DNA of 64,000 nt from Mustelus asterias (taxonomy: Eukaryota), in the NCBI RefSeq assembly GCF_964213995.1, contig NC_135817.1:53258001-53322000 (forward strand). The letters are read 5' to 3'. Position numbers and translations under genes: made by a program. The notes below the pieces were generated by a model. It had not been told where the DNA came from and searched no databases. It saw only the letters and a list, made by a program, of their open reading frames with translations. This document shows, in pieces, positions 12,501 through 27,500 of the stretch. Numbering within the stretch: position 1 is the stretch's first letter; every line of letters starts with the position of its first letter.

Positions 12501-15500
12501 GCATGAGCCCATGCTGCCAGGAAAGAACCTTACTCACTGAATCTTCAGAACAAGAGCAGGCCATTCAGCCCATCCAGTGTGGTCTGACAATCTGTTAGAT
12601 TATAGCTGATCTGAATCTCCATTTTCCCACCTTGCTTTTATAACCCTTAAAATCACTGCATCATGAAAACTTATCAATCTCAATTTGAAATTTTCAGTTG
12701 ACCTAGACTCAACAGCTTTTTGAAGATTAGTATTCTAGATTTCCACTACCTCTTGTTTGAAGAAGTGCTTCCTTCCAGTGAAAATTGGAAATTCAGGTGT
12801 ACTCTGTCCATGCTTTTTCAACCAGTCTCAATTTGCGTTGGCTATGTGAACTTCGAAATTTACACTCCTTGAGTAGCAATAAGTTTGATACTCCCAAACA
12901 ACAGTGATGGTGCATTAGGATGCTCTGCTATGGAATTGTACAATTTGAATATCTAATCTTAAAGGTTAGTTGCTTTGTGGAAGATGGGTCCTTTGTTCAT
13001 GCAAACAGGGCTGATGATGGGTACTGATCTGTATTTACAATTGACCTACGAGGACAATTGAAATTCTAACTCAACAATGTCTTTCTCTCTAGGAGAGGAA
13101 ACAGGGAACAGTCAAATCAATCCCTTTGACAAAAGTGGCACCATCTTATTAAACGATCCTGTACTCCATCAGGATCTCAGATCTGATGCAACAAGTTCAC
13201 GTTTCAATGATGCTTCTTCTCTGGGGTCAAGCCAGTTTTGTAACCAGATGTACCGAGGTAAAATATAAAGAAAGCATTCTTCTAAGAAGAAAATACAACT
13301 ATATAATGTTAGAGCACAGAAACAGTTCATTTGGCCCGTCAGATTTGTGCTGATATTTTTCCCTTCGGAACCACCTTGTGCGTTCACACTGAAAATCGGT
13401 TTCAGTTTTCTATTTTCAGTTTTGAGCATTGCTGAAAAAAGAGATGTTATTGAAGCTTTTCATTTTGCACTTATCAGGACAGAAGAATACCAAATTTCAA
13501 AGGGAGCAACAATTTTTACTGATTGAAAATAGGATGCTGATTGGTTTTAAAGTGGCTGTGGTCCAGGCATTGCCATTGAGAATGCACTAGGGGAACTATT
13601 CCACATGCTTTTGTTTAATTGAAAAAAGGTGCAATGTCTGGGGCACGTTACTTCTACCTGCAGGGAATATGTCTTTCATATATATAGCTTCGAGCAAACT
13701 TAGGTAAGACACATTGTGGGCCCAAGTGATAATAAATTGATAGCGTAATCCTTAGCACATTCAGAATTGTTCAGCAAGTGCTGTTCTGAATGTGCTAAGG
13801 ATTACGCTATCAATCGCATCTCATATTAGACATTGTTCTGAGTTTTGCAAGCGGGGCTTGGTTAAGTACGGTCTGTACTTTGCCTATTGTAAACAACCGA
13901 AGAGGCGTGCTATTTGATGCAATCCGCTAGTCAGGACGTGGCCTATGTGCAGGCATCGCACCACTACTGAAATTCAAAAATGTTTGTGTGCTAGTTAGAT
14001 ATGCTTTCCTTTGTTCTATCTCCTATAGTTGGGATAAGTTTATTGCATGGTTCTATCTTGTCCTCTGCAAGAGTTGTATTTGCTTGGAAAGGTGGTCAAG
14101 CTTTTTTGCATTTTGCTATTACAATATGGAATGAGGTTAGATGAGATGCAGATAAAATGGCTCTCTATTAGAAACATAAAAGGAATACATTTTGGAGAAA
14201 TGGGTAGGTAGCAACATAGGAATTTTGGAATTTCAAATTTGATTTTTGTTTGCAAGTACAGAGTGTGTAATGTTTTTGCCCATTCTTGATTCCTTTAATC
14301 CAGTAGAAATGCAAATCTCTTTTTTTCCACATTGTGAATTAATTATTTCCCACGATTTCAGCAAGCTGTCAGCAGCAGGGCCTATATGGAGGACGGATGA
14401 CAGAAGACCGACTCCTCACTGTCAAGAACATCACCAGTGAGGCTATTGAGCAACTCCACAAATCACTGGAGTCTTGCCCAAGCATATCTGATGAGGCTGA
14501 AGACCCGCAATATCTCAAGGTAATTGTAAATGAGATGATATTGTTCTGTATAATTTTCCACCTTTGTGCTCTTCAGCGGAGGTGAACAAGAACAGGGTAC
14601 TGTATTTTTGTATTTTATTGGTTGCCGTCCTGTTAGGGCTGTTTGCCACAGTCGATATGAGGTTGGTTATTGCTCAGCAGGGATCCATATTTTTTCCTGT
14701 ATCTTGTGTGTAGATATTCCGGGACCCCCAATTAATAGTTGTCTGTAAAAGCCCACCTTGCAGATAAAGAGGATTGTGTTAAATAATTATGTTACAACCG
14801 GCTCCAGTCATGCACAACAAGGCTTTGTTTCTAAAATATTTGTTTGTTATACAAACAGTAAGGTAATAAATGGAGTGACAAATTCTGATTACGTAGAGTA
14901 TGTCACGTCTGTAATTCCTGTAGAATTTTTCTACAGGCTTTGAAATATTAAATATTGTAGGTTAGAGCTGTAAAATATTTTCAAATTTCTGAAATGATTC
15001 ACATGATACAAGTCTTCCAAAGGAAATAGTTTTAATAATTTTCTTTGCAAGACTGCCTATTGTATTCAACAACAAGATGTCACTGAAAAATAATTACTAT
15101 TTATCAACCCCATGCTATTATAAACCTCAACCTGTGCCGCAGGTGATTTTCTGTATTTAATACAGAGGCTCAGTAAATTCCATCTGTTCGCATTTGGAAT
15201 TTAAGGTGAGCTAGAAAATCTGGAATGCTGGATTCTACTGAAAAAATACACTGTCAATGTACTGAATGAGGTAAATTGGCATCTCTTTTGCACTTCTAAC
15301 TTTCTGTAGAATGAATTTAACAAAAGCGATTGTAACTGTTTCGGTTCATGATTCTATTTTGAGGCACAGTAGAACTCTTTAATGAGAAACTCTCAACCAG
15401 TGACATGCATTCATTTGATCCAAGAATTACAATAGTCATTATGCAAAGATGATTTTTTTTGTGGTAACAAACCAAGAACTGTAGTGGCTCCTCCTTTATT

Positions 15501-18500
15501 AAGCCTGTTTTGAGTAATTACAGTGCAATATTGACCTAATTTAACCAAATATCATAGGAATTAGGAGCAGAAATAGACACATTCAGCCCTTCCAGCCTGC
15601 TCCGCCATTCAATCAGATCCTGGCTGATCTCTCCCTGGTCTCAAATCCAGCTCCCCACCTGCTCCCCAAATCCCCTTAACCCTTTTTAATCAGAAATATA
15701 TCTATCTCCTTCCTGAAACCATTCAACAATTCAGACTCCACCGCATGAGGGGCAGTGAATTCCACAAATTCACCACCCTCTGCGAGAAGTAGTTCCTCCT
15801 CATCACAGTTTTAAATCTACCGCGTCTCAACCTATACCTGCGACCTCTTGTTTGAGATTGCCCATAAGAGGAAACATTTGACCTACATTTACTAGGGGTG
15901 GTACGGTGGCACAGTGGTTAGCACTGCTGCCTCACAGCTCCAGGGACCTGGGTTCAATTCCTGGCTTGGGTCACTGCCTGTGTGGAGTTTGCACATTCTC
16001 ACATTCTCCCCGTGTCTGCATGGGTTTCCTCCGGGTGCTCAGGTTTCCTCCCACAGTCCAAAGATGTGAAGGTTAGCGTCATTGTCCAAATTGCCCCTTA
16101 GTGTCCTGGGATGAGTATGTTAGAGGTATTAGCAGGGTAAATATGTGGGTTTTCAGGGATAGGAGCCTTTGTGGGATTATTGTCGGTGCAGACTCGATGG
16201 GCCAAATGGCCCCCTTCTGCACTGTAGGGATTTTATGAATTTTATGAATTATTTGGATTCTATGAATTCCTTTAAAAAATTCTATATATCTCAATCAGAC
16301 CCCCTTTCATCCTTCTAAACTCCAGTACGTATAAGGCCAAACTGTTTAATCTCGCATCATTTGTGAAGTGACATTAAGAAGTCAAGTAAAGTTTCTCAGA
16401 CCATGATGCTATCAGTCCCCATCACAGTCAAATTGAATTTGAATTTAATCCATTGTTTTTGATTGAACAGAAATTTCAGAAAAGGAATATTTTGAAGTAT
16501 TGATTATAAAGTGACAAAGTCAGTTTTACAAATTCATAGACCTGCAGCAGATTTTCTCCTAGTCTTTACATCACTAGTCATGTCCATAAACTGGCATTCT
16601 GTCCTCTGCAATCTAGAGAGCATCTTTGTTACTAACAGTAAGCCAAGCCCTCTGCCTGTAAGTAAACTAGCAAACTATTTTATTCTTTGTGGCCTATATA
16701 AATGAACAGAATATAATTTTGCAGGGAGATGCATTGATTTCCTTACAGGCCTTAACCCATCAAATAACAATTATGTGACTTGCCTCTGGTGTAAGATAAA
16801 GTCGCTTCTCTAAGCTCGCGTTCGATTATGTTAAGAGCTTCCTTAAGTGGCCAGGTTGCTTGTTGCTCTTTCTGGTAGTGGATTGCCACTTCAATCTGCC
16901 AGCAAGTGGAATAAGTAAATTTTTTTGTTAGTTGCATTAGATCACTATGTTCAGCTTGGCATTATTAGTTTCGATAAGCTAATGTATTGCATGTTAAATT
17001 AAGCCTGCATTTTGCCATGTGACATTCATCACACTTATTTCAACTAGTATTCCGATAATACTGCACAAATCAAGAACACGTATACACTAGCACACTTTAA
17101 TAACCCCCTGATGTAAAAAGACAAACTATTCTGACCAGGATAGAGTACATCCACTTGCTGCCTGAAAGACTTTCTGTGGTGTCTTGTTTTTGATTTTTTT
17201 TTGATTAAAGCATCTCTTTCTGACCCATAAGTATGTCCGCAGCAAGATGCTAAATGTCCTTTTGACTGGCCAGATGTTGCTAACAAATTCATCATTGTTT
17301 GGAATCTGTAAATACATGTACAATTCCGCATTCAAACCACCTTTAGTTGGCCTGTGAATGGCCAGCTGAATACTGGCCTCTGCAGGGAAACCTCGAGCAA
17401 CCTTCTGTTCTAAACACATTTAGTGTTGTTTATCTCCAAGCAATTTTTGTGGCTGGAAAATTCCATGTCATGACACATGGTAGCAGTCGCTTAATTAATT
17501 TTTTGCAGGCTGTACACTTTCGTACCTCAGTCTGGAATCTTTTTGCCTCAGTGACTGCCTGGAGGGGCAGATGTCTGTGTCTTACTGCCTGAGACTGATT
17601 TTTCCCCTCAACTTTAGAAAGGCAAAATTGACTTATCTCTCTCGGACAACTTGTGGCAGATCGGCAAACCAATGCTTGATATAAAATTAAAATGACCATC
17701 CAGAATGTTCTTATTCCCCATCCCACTGCCCCACCCCATTTCCCATCAATGTGATGGCTCCTGAATGTACTGTACTGAATTCGAAGCACCCTCCCTTCCC
17801 TCTGAATTCTAACCTGAGGATGTAGCCTTGTAACCTGCTGATGAGATGGACTAAATTACTTTTATTTCAAACCTGATTCACTTTGCAAATACCTCAGTAT
17901 GCTGGCTATTATAGCTAACCACCATCATCAACATTCTAGATACCTTGTTGAAACCTAAATTAGTCTTGTACCATAATATAAATTAAACTAAAATCCCATC
18001 TTTGACAAATGGCTGGAATTCCCAGATATATTTGTCACACCAACCTGTTGGTTGTCAGCTATCTCCAGACTCCATGGTAAATGTATCATGCCTGCCTAAG
18101 CAAACTGAATTGTGAAGCTCTTGTGTCTAAAGCTGCTTAGCAAGTTGGTTTAAGTTAATTTCATCAATGATTGTTAAATTATGTTACAATCATGTCATAT
18201 TTTATTCCTTGTACTGTTTGTGAAAGGGAGACAAAATAAGTTCCCATGGTTGTGGTAGTTTAATCTGGTTACTGTGGATCGTGCTTTGTTTCATTTCCTT
18301 ATTTGTTTGACAAAGCTGAAAAAGATGCCTGATGCATAAAATATTGAACGTTTTTAAAGCAAAAATATTCATTTTTATAGATCCCACTGCTGGTTCATCA
18401 GAAACAAGCATTGGCATGGTTACTGTGGCGGGAGAAGCAAAAACCATCAGGCGGCATACTAGGTGAGAAAGATCATCTTTAGGAGGGTTCTAAAGCTGAC

Positions 18501-21500
18501 CTGGTCATGGGAGAACAATAAGATCAAAGTGTTTAATTTGTATCAGCGATGGTACAAATTGCAAGCTTAATATCTGCAGAACCACGTGGGATGGAATGTC
18601 AAATCCCATAATTACTTTGCTATTTGATTTCTTTCATCTGATTCGATATTGTTTAGCTATCAATCAATATGTATTGCTAAGAGGAGCATTTAATTTGAAT
18701 TAAAATAGAAGAAATTCGTAGAATCCCTACAGTACAGAAGGAGGCCATTCAGCCCATCGAGTCTGCACCGACCACAATCCCAAAGAAAGGCAAGGCTCTG
18801 CCAAGATTTGAACTCAGATCGCTGGATTCAGAATCCAGAGTGGTCACCATTACACTACAGAACCCAGAACAAATCAGGGAAGAGTAGCTGGTAATTGTTT
18901 TTTGACCTGTTAATCAGGAAGGAGGCAAGGTGATAGTCATACTTGCGCTAAATGAAATGTGTCTGAGTTGAATGTTTGTCCATCTTTAATAATGCAATAA
19001 TTAGGAGTACTAGGGAGAATAAAAAATTTAAAACATTGACACTATATGCCTTTTTTTTTAGCGGATGACATGGGTTTGGGGAAAACTCTAACGATGATTG
19101 CGCTCATCTTAGCACAACAGTGCAAGGGGAAGAAAGAAAAAGCGAAAAAGCCAGAAGACTGGATCTCAAAAACTGGTAAGAGGTGATGCCAGTTGCAGCA
19201 ATTTCAGTAACAGGCTAATTGACCTGACATTGGCAGTGGGGAAAATGCTAGAGTCCATTCTAAAAGATTTAACAGCAGGGCACTTGGGAAACGGGGCAGG
19301 ATCGGACAGAGTCAGCATGGATTTACAAAAGGGAAAACATACTTGACAAATTTACTGAAATTGTTTGAGGATGTAACTAGTAGAGTTGATGAGGAGGCGC
19401 CATTGGATATGGTTTATTTGGACTTTCAGAAGGCTTGCGACAAGGTCCCACATAAGTGATTAGTGTGTAAAATGAAAGTGGGATTGGGGGTAGTGTATTG
19501 ATAGCAAACTGGTTGGCAGACAGTAAACAAAGTGTCGGAAGGAATACAATGGTCTTTTTGTGAGTGATAGGCAGTGTATGGTGGGATACCGCAGGTGCTA
19601 GGACCCCAGCTACTCTCAATGATTTAATGATTTAGATCAGAGAACTAAATGTAATATCTCCAAATTTGCAGATGAAACAAAACTGGGTGGGAGGGTGAGC
19701 TGTGAGGGGGATGCAGAATTGCCTCAGTGTGATTTGGACACATTGGGCCTAATTTTACCATCACGTTGCGCCCATTTTCAGGTGCGAAAACCTTGTAAAG
19801 TCGGGCATGAGGTGAGTAGCGTGATCCATGCCCGCCTCCGTGCCAGTTCCCCCTTTACCAAGGCCCAAAATTAGCCGCGATCGGGACCGAGCCCAAAACG
19901 GGCACAACGGCCATTTAAATGCATTTGCATGCATTTAAATTGATTCAATGGGCTGCACGCCCAACTTTACTGGCACTTCCCCCTTTACCATCGTGTTCAC
20001 CCATCCGGAATTGGCACAAAATAGACATGCTCCATTTGGGATCGGGGGGTGGGGGGGTGTGGGTTCCACTGCCACTCTGCTTGAGATTGGTTGGGGGGTG
20101 GTGGGGAAGGTTGGTCTGCTGCCACTCTGCTTGAGATCAATGGGGGCAGGGGTTGGGGGGGGGGGGGGGGGGGGTGGGCCCACTGCCACTCTGCCTGTGA
20201 TCAGTGGGGGTAAAAGGGGGTCCTCTACTGCCTGAGATTGGTGGGGGGAAGCGGGAGGGTGAATCACTTTGTCTGAGATCGGTGGGGGTGGGAAGGGTTC
20301 GCTGGCACTCTGTCTGAGACCGGAGGGGGGAGAAAGGCCGTAATTGAACTTGGTGGCGGAAGTGTGGGGGGGATAAGTAATGTTGTGGGGGTGGGGCAAT
20401 GACTGTGGGGGCCAGGGGGAGGCATTTTCCGGCCTGGGAGGCATGTGGCAGGGAAGCAGCATTCGATCATTTGTTTTCTGCGCATGCGTGGTTGGAGGCG
20501 CCGATCAGAGCTGCAGGGTTTTGGGTGCATTAAGCCCCGCCCACAGGCTTGTACAACATGATTTGGAATCGCTGATATTTTTGTAGGCAGAGTGTGTATG
20601 GGGGTGCCTCAGAATGGGTCTAAAAGCCAGATCTGAAACACTCCCAGTTTCAGATCCACCCAGCACTTGGAATCAAAATCGTAAAATAGGATCTATTGAG
20701 TGAGTGGGCAGATGCGGTACAATGTGGATAAATGTGAGGTTATCCACTTTGGTAGCAAAAACAGGAAGGCAGATTATTAAATTATTATACATTTTAAATA
20801 GGGCGGCATGGACAAGTTGGGCTGAAGAGCCTGTTTCCATGCTGTAAACCTCAATGACTCTAAGACTATTATTATCAAAATGGCTATAGATTGAGTGGGA
20901 GGAATGTGCAACAAGACGTGGGTGCCCTTCCAGAGGAGTCACTGAAAGTAAGCATGCAGGTGGGAAGAATGCAAATGATATGTTGGCCTTTAAAGCAAGT
21001 AGATTCAAGAACAGGAGCAGAGATATCTTGTTGCAGTTATACAGGGCCTTGGTGAGACCACACCTAGAAGATTGAGTGCAGTTTTGCCCTCATCTGAGGA
21101 AGAATGTTCTAGCAATGGAAAATGTGTAGAAAAGGTTCACCAGACTGATACCTGGGTTGGCAGGACTGGCATATGAGGAGAAAAAAGAGTCAGTTAGGAT
21201 TACATTTGCTGGAGTTTAGAAGAATGAGGGGGGGGATCTTGTAGGAATCTAAAAATTTCTAAGCGGACAAGACAAGGTAGATGCTGGAAGATGTTCCTGA
21301 TGTTGGTGGGGTGGGGGATATATATATATATATGTTTGTGTGTGTGGGGTGGGAAAGAGTCCAGAACCAGGGGTCACAGTCTAAGGATACAGGGTAAACC
21401 ATTTAGGACTGAGATTAGGAGAAATTTCTTCAGGTGCGCATGTGGAGAAAGCAGTTGAGGCCAAATCATTGTATGTTATCAAAAAAGAATTAGATATAGC

Positions 21501-24500
21501 TCTCCGGGCTAAAGGGATCAAAAGATATGGATATCAAAGGTCAAGTAAACAAGAGATTATTAGTCTTCTATGTGAATAATTCTGTTTGGTGAAATGAGTT
21601 GAAATTCTTTTCTATATTATATTTAGGCATTTAAAAAACAAATGGAATACTGTAGCTGTTTGATTAGAGCTGTGATTTGAAAAACATTTTTATCGAGGAA
21701 ACTACAGTTTTTAATTACAATATTTAGGGGTTAAGTTGGTCTGTCTGGTTAAACCATTCCATTTCTTTAAGCTGTATATATCATTATCTTTTGTAACCAC
21801 ATTTATTTCAAACTTCTAATGCTCAAGAACAAAAAAAAAGCTTGAGGATTATGGTTTGCTTAAATCATCAACCATAATGTGGCATTATTGAAGCAATTTA
21901 GCTGTATATTCTCTTTTAGAATTTCTTACGAAGCTTGAAAGAAAATTCATTTTTCCTGCGTTTGCAATTTGAAGTAATTCCTATTTGGAAACAAAATCTA
22001 ATCTTAAAGGGTATGCTTTTCAAATTGCATGCATATTTTGTGTAAAAGCTTGGCATCAATAATGTACCACAAAGTAATTTGTATTTAGTTGCATTCTGTA
22101 TTGTATTTTGACTCGAGTTTTCTCACTGCCCTTTACTGCATTGCTCACCCTCGAGAAAATTGTTTTGTTCGCCTATGGATTGTTCAGAATTCCATGACGA
22201 GTAATGGTAGAAATGCAGAGCAAAGTTTTGCCCATTTCTTTGTGGTATCGGCACAGTGGTTAGCACTGCTGCCTCACAGCGCCAGGGACCCGGGTTCAAT
22301 TCTCGACTTGGGTCACCGTCTATGTGGAGTTCGCACATTCTTCCCATGTCTGCATGGGTTTCCTCCGGGTGCTCCAGTTTCCTCCCACAGTCCAAAGATG
22401 TGCAGGTTAGGTTGATTGGGCATGCTAAATTGCCCCTTAGTGGAAGGGGGACTAGCTTGGGGTTATGGGGATAGGGTCTGGGTGGGACCGTGGTCAGTGC
22501 AGACTCGATGGGTAGAATGGCCACCTCCTGCACTGTATGATTCTACAGTATCCAGCAAAACTGAAATTGTTTTTTTCTCACTGCTATCTGATTATAACCT
22601 AATATTACATTCTAATGGTCTTTTTCCAACAGATAGTACTTTTGTGATCTCCAGTGGGACACTCATCATTTGTCCAGCATCTATAATTCACCATTGGAAA
22701 AGGGAAATCGAACGGCATGTCGGTGCAAGGAAAATAAGTATATACATGTACCATGGACCAAAGAGAGAACAATCAGCAAAGGTGTGAGTACCTGGAGCAT
22801 GATGGGGTCTTACTCTGAAAATACAGTAACATTGATAGCTCTGAATATATAGTACTATAAGTGATCCGATATGCAACTTAACATTTAATGCAATCTAGAG
22901 AAGACGCTTCTATAATGTGAAATTTGTTTATCTATTTCATTAGAGTGACAATTTGTATTACTTGCTGATTTATCTTTCTTGATTGGTATGCAAGTATTAA
23001 CATCAAGTGGATCACTGGACTTGGAGCCTGACATGAGCTAAAATTAACTTTGGAAACTTTGAGCTGACCAGACAGCTCATATCTAATCTAATTTGTCGCA
23101 TGCAAGAGTATTATGTAGGTTGTATTTCAGCAACTTCCATGGAGTTTCTGCTCTTGAAACTATTTGAAGAAGGCATTCAGCAAATGCCAGTTTTTGCCAC
23201 GCTCCCCCCATAGATAAAGAAAAATAGTAAGCAAGTCAGTATGCGGTTGCAATAAGTCAATTTAATAGCAGCTTTAGAAGTAGATTGGCACCAGCGCATT
23301 GTTGGCTCATCAATCAGAGAACACAGCATAGCAGGAGGACCTAATGACTGGGAAGGAATGTCTTTCTGGAAGTAAAAGTTGACACAGATGAGCAGCTGCT
23401 CCCAAGAAGAGGAATTTAACCTGAAACTAATAATACTCTGAAGCGCCATTTTTATTGACTCCAATCTAAAACATGAAAATATTTTCTTGTAGACTATCAG
23501 AATTTGATGTTGTTGTTACAACGTATAGCCTTGTTGCAAAGGAGATCCCAGTGAAAAAGGAAAAAAGACAGTGTGCAACCAAAGATGAGGAGGTAAGTTG
23601 AGCAATTTATAGTCATACAAGTAATGCCATTGCACTGTCTTGGATACATTGCTGCTAACAACTTAACAATTGCTGCTTGTTGGAATGGCCACCAAACTAA
23701 AGAATACCAGCTCACCATTTCAGAATACTTCTCAGTGCCTGTGGTACTTTTAGCAGGGTAATGCTCTTAACGTTTTTTTGGTCCGGATGCATCAGCCCCA
23801 GCCCCAATGTTCAGTGTGCTTTCTGACTTGGCAGTTGTACTCCCAATAGGACTGAAAGAGTCAGTGAAACTGTTTCCTGATCAAAAATTCGTTAATGTAA
23901 CTAAAGTGAGAGTAAGTAGGATCATTCAATTTGTCGACCCAACCACATTGCGATGATATGATACTGCGTCCAAACTTCTTAATTCACACCCTGTTTTCAG
24001 GCATTGACCGAGACAAAGACTTCACAATCTCCTCTACTGAAGATGGCTTGGGCTCGAATCATCCTGGATGAAGCTCACAACATTAAAAACCCCCAAGTGC
24101 AAACATCAATGGCAGTGTGTGAACTCCAAGCTAGAGCACGCTGGGCAGTTACAGGAACACCCATTCAGAATAACCTGCTGGATATGTACTCTTTGCTCAA
24201 GTAAGGAAACAAACCAGAGCATGCTGGGTTAATTCTTAAATTGTGTTCTTCAGACACTTACATTTTTTCAGTATTATTTCTAAGTAATGACTGGACCGTT
24301 TAAGAATATCCTAACATTTCTGTGTTTTTGACGCTGTCTGTCCTTTTATATAAAGATACCCTCCCAAGTTGTTTGTGATATTGTTCCCAAGTTGTCTAGC
24401 TGAGACTAATTCATTTTTGTTGTTAACTGTGGAACTCGGCCGATTTCTAAAATCTCAGCTCTGTTTTCTAACTTCCTACTTGTTCAGGTTCCTTCACTGT

Positions 24501-27500
24501 TCTCCATTCGACGAGTTCAAGCTTTGGAAGAATCAAGTGGATACTGGTACAAAGAAGGGTGGAGAACGCCTTAATATTATCACCAAAAGCCTTCTGTTGC
24601 GAAGAATGAAGGACCAGCTTGACACTAGTGGAAAACCTCTGGTATATAAATCCATATTTCCATTTTGACAAAATAAATAATCACTTGATACTGCAATACA
24701 AAATGCCATTCATCTCAAATTATTTTGTGGTACATTATCTGATCTAAACTTTTACATCAAAAGTGATTTGGGCTTTATGTCAATGCTAATTCCAATTCTA
24801 TTCCTGCACCCAGTCTTTTTCCATGTCTAGTTATTCCTGGAACAGGTCACTAGTCTGTCACCAGATTACCAATGCTAAACTGCAATGTAAAACTGACTTT
24901 TTACCCAAACCAGCTCCATGTCAAACCTTTTATAAAGTATTCTGGTGTAAGCTCAGCTAATCTCAATTTAAGCATTTGGAGTGTATGAATTCTCCCTTCC
25001 AGATCCTGAGATTTTTAACCATTGCAAGAGGGCTCTGTTTTTGCCTGTATCTAGATATGGCTGCATTCCAATCCTCAAAGTGAATGAGAGCCAGCAAATG
25101 TAAACAAATGCTTGCTTGCTTGGAATCGAAATCTCTGTGCAGAATAAAAGTTGGCACTTTATCCAATGTATTCAGACGATGAACAGCCAGGATCATTATC
25201 TGAGATATTGTTGGTCCTAAAAGTCCAATACCGTAACTCGTGCTGAACTTGGAATAAGAGGAGCTAATGGAAACACCGAGACTAGTTTGCAGAACAGTAA
25301 CAAATTAAATACAATTTCCCAGAGGAGAGGCTTTTAGTACCAAGTGAAGCTATATCCTAAAAGCAAAATACTGTGGGTGCTGGAATCTGAAACAAAAACA
25401 GAAAATGCTGGAAAATCTCAACCGGTCTGACAGCATCTGAGAGAATAGAGCCAAAGTTTTTAAGCTCTGACGAAGCTAGACTTGATACATTGGCTCTATT
25501 CCAGGTTTAGGGTTAGAATACAATGTAGATGTATTCCTATTACCACCTGAATTGTATAATTTGGACAAAGGCTCTGGGAATCTTTGATTCAGGCAGACAC
25601 AGTGCATTTGAAATCGGGGATAGCAATACAATATTGTAGTTTTCAGGTCAAGATCTTCACCTCAGTAATTGAGCCCACATTCTCCTGTGAAAATTATCGT
25701 GAGGCTAACAGTGTTGACCATTGTTTATGCACAAATGGACAGCAACATATGGCAAGTGAAGATGTGCAGTTAAACATGAGGTTGCTGATGCCAGCACCCC
25801 CCCACCCCACCCTCAAACATATTAAATAGTGTGACGTTCCTATACATTCCTGACATCATAGATACAGACTAAACTCACCACAGGAAGTTAGGGTTTGTCT
25901 TTTCCCATCTAAGTAAGCTTTTAACAGCATGGTTAGTTACTGCCAAGACACCTGTTCACTGAAAATTAGCTTTTACAAGTGTGGAGACTTTATTCTTCAG
26001 ATTTCTGTTTTTAAACTTGTTTTCTTTTATTTCTCTCTCCCCCCCCCCCCCCCCCCTTCCTCATTTCACTCACTGTACCTGATTTGGTGTTGAATTTGAT
26101 CCTCTAACTGACATTTCCTGGTTCAGCCCCTCAGCTGTTTATTAGCCATTCTTAAATCGGGTTAAGGAGAGGCAAAATTTCTTGTCCTGTTCTCAGGTGT
26201 CTCAGATATCCTGTGGAGCGTACCATGTTGTTTTGGATGTCATGCTGTCAACAGTTTACCATGCAAAAAATCCTGTAGAGGGCCTATGGGCAAGTGTAAG
26301 TTCTGTTCAAAGGTCACTGAAAAAGCAGGCTTAATGCATTTAATTTATAGCCTAGTCTTAAGACCACTGTAGTGATTTATGCAGCAGACCAATTATAATC
26401 ATTTAACATTTTGATCTTATTCATTTGGTAGTTTCTTCTTGAGTGACCAGGTACAGTATATCTGAGAGTTGTATGTGTTATGGCTTTGTATTTTAAATGT
26501 AATAAAAAGCTTCACTTTTTGACATTCATCACATAGAAAACAGTGCAAGATTCTAAGTGCAATTGCCTCTCCTTCATCTTACAGTGAAAATGATATGTCA
26601 TTATTTACCATTAAATATATTCACTCTCTCATTATAGAGGGAACACCTGATTGTTTCACCAAAACATAGTTCTGATTAGGTTTCAAAATTTGTGAAATGA
26701 AACTAATATTAATGAAAATATAATATAATTGTAAACTTTACGGTTAGTTTTTGTGACAGAATTTCCCTTACCCATGTGTTTTCTTTGTCCAGGTTTCCCT
26801 ACCACAGAAATTTAACCGCTCTCATCGACTAAAATTATCAGAGGATGAGGAAGCTGTTTACAATGTCCTGTTTGCTCGTTCCAGGTCTGTCTGAGGAATC
26901 GTGAGCTCCTGAAATACAAAATGCTGCCAACTATAGAATGTACTTTGGATAATCCTGTCCACTCCCAGGACAGATTTTGTGTAATTCGCCTCTTGAAAAG
27001 ATTATAAGGGAAGAAATTTGTTCAGTAGCAACACTACACTGACTTACACCAATTCCCTGAGAATAGACTGTGCCATTAGTATTCCTTATTGATGAAACAA
27101 TGCTACATGAACAAATTTCTCCCACACAAGTGTTCAATGTTGGGAATGGTTGCCAAAATGACAGTTGCTATCTTTGTCATGACGAAATGGAGCTTAAGTG
27201 ACCAAATGTATTTCAACACAACTTTAGTTGTTCCATTGTGTGGTATATTCAAAATAAATTAAAAGCATTGCCAAACAAAGATGGCGATCCCTTGCATAAG
27301 GATTAGGCTGATTGAGCCTTTCACTTGCAGTCAGAGTTCATAAACTCCAGTCAAGTGTTATCTTTGTTCTGATCCTAGTTTTGAGTGATTTTTACTTCAG
27401 CTGTCAGTGAATGAACAAAGCAGTGAGAAAACTGAACTTGGCTTGATCTCTGGTTCATGTGGAAGTGTTATAAACTAGGTCCACAACAGCCTTGATCACC

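Noticed and set aside
19935-20586. Pro/Gly-rich ORFs
   Set aside because: Arise from G/C runs in the MITE-like insertion
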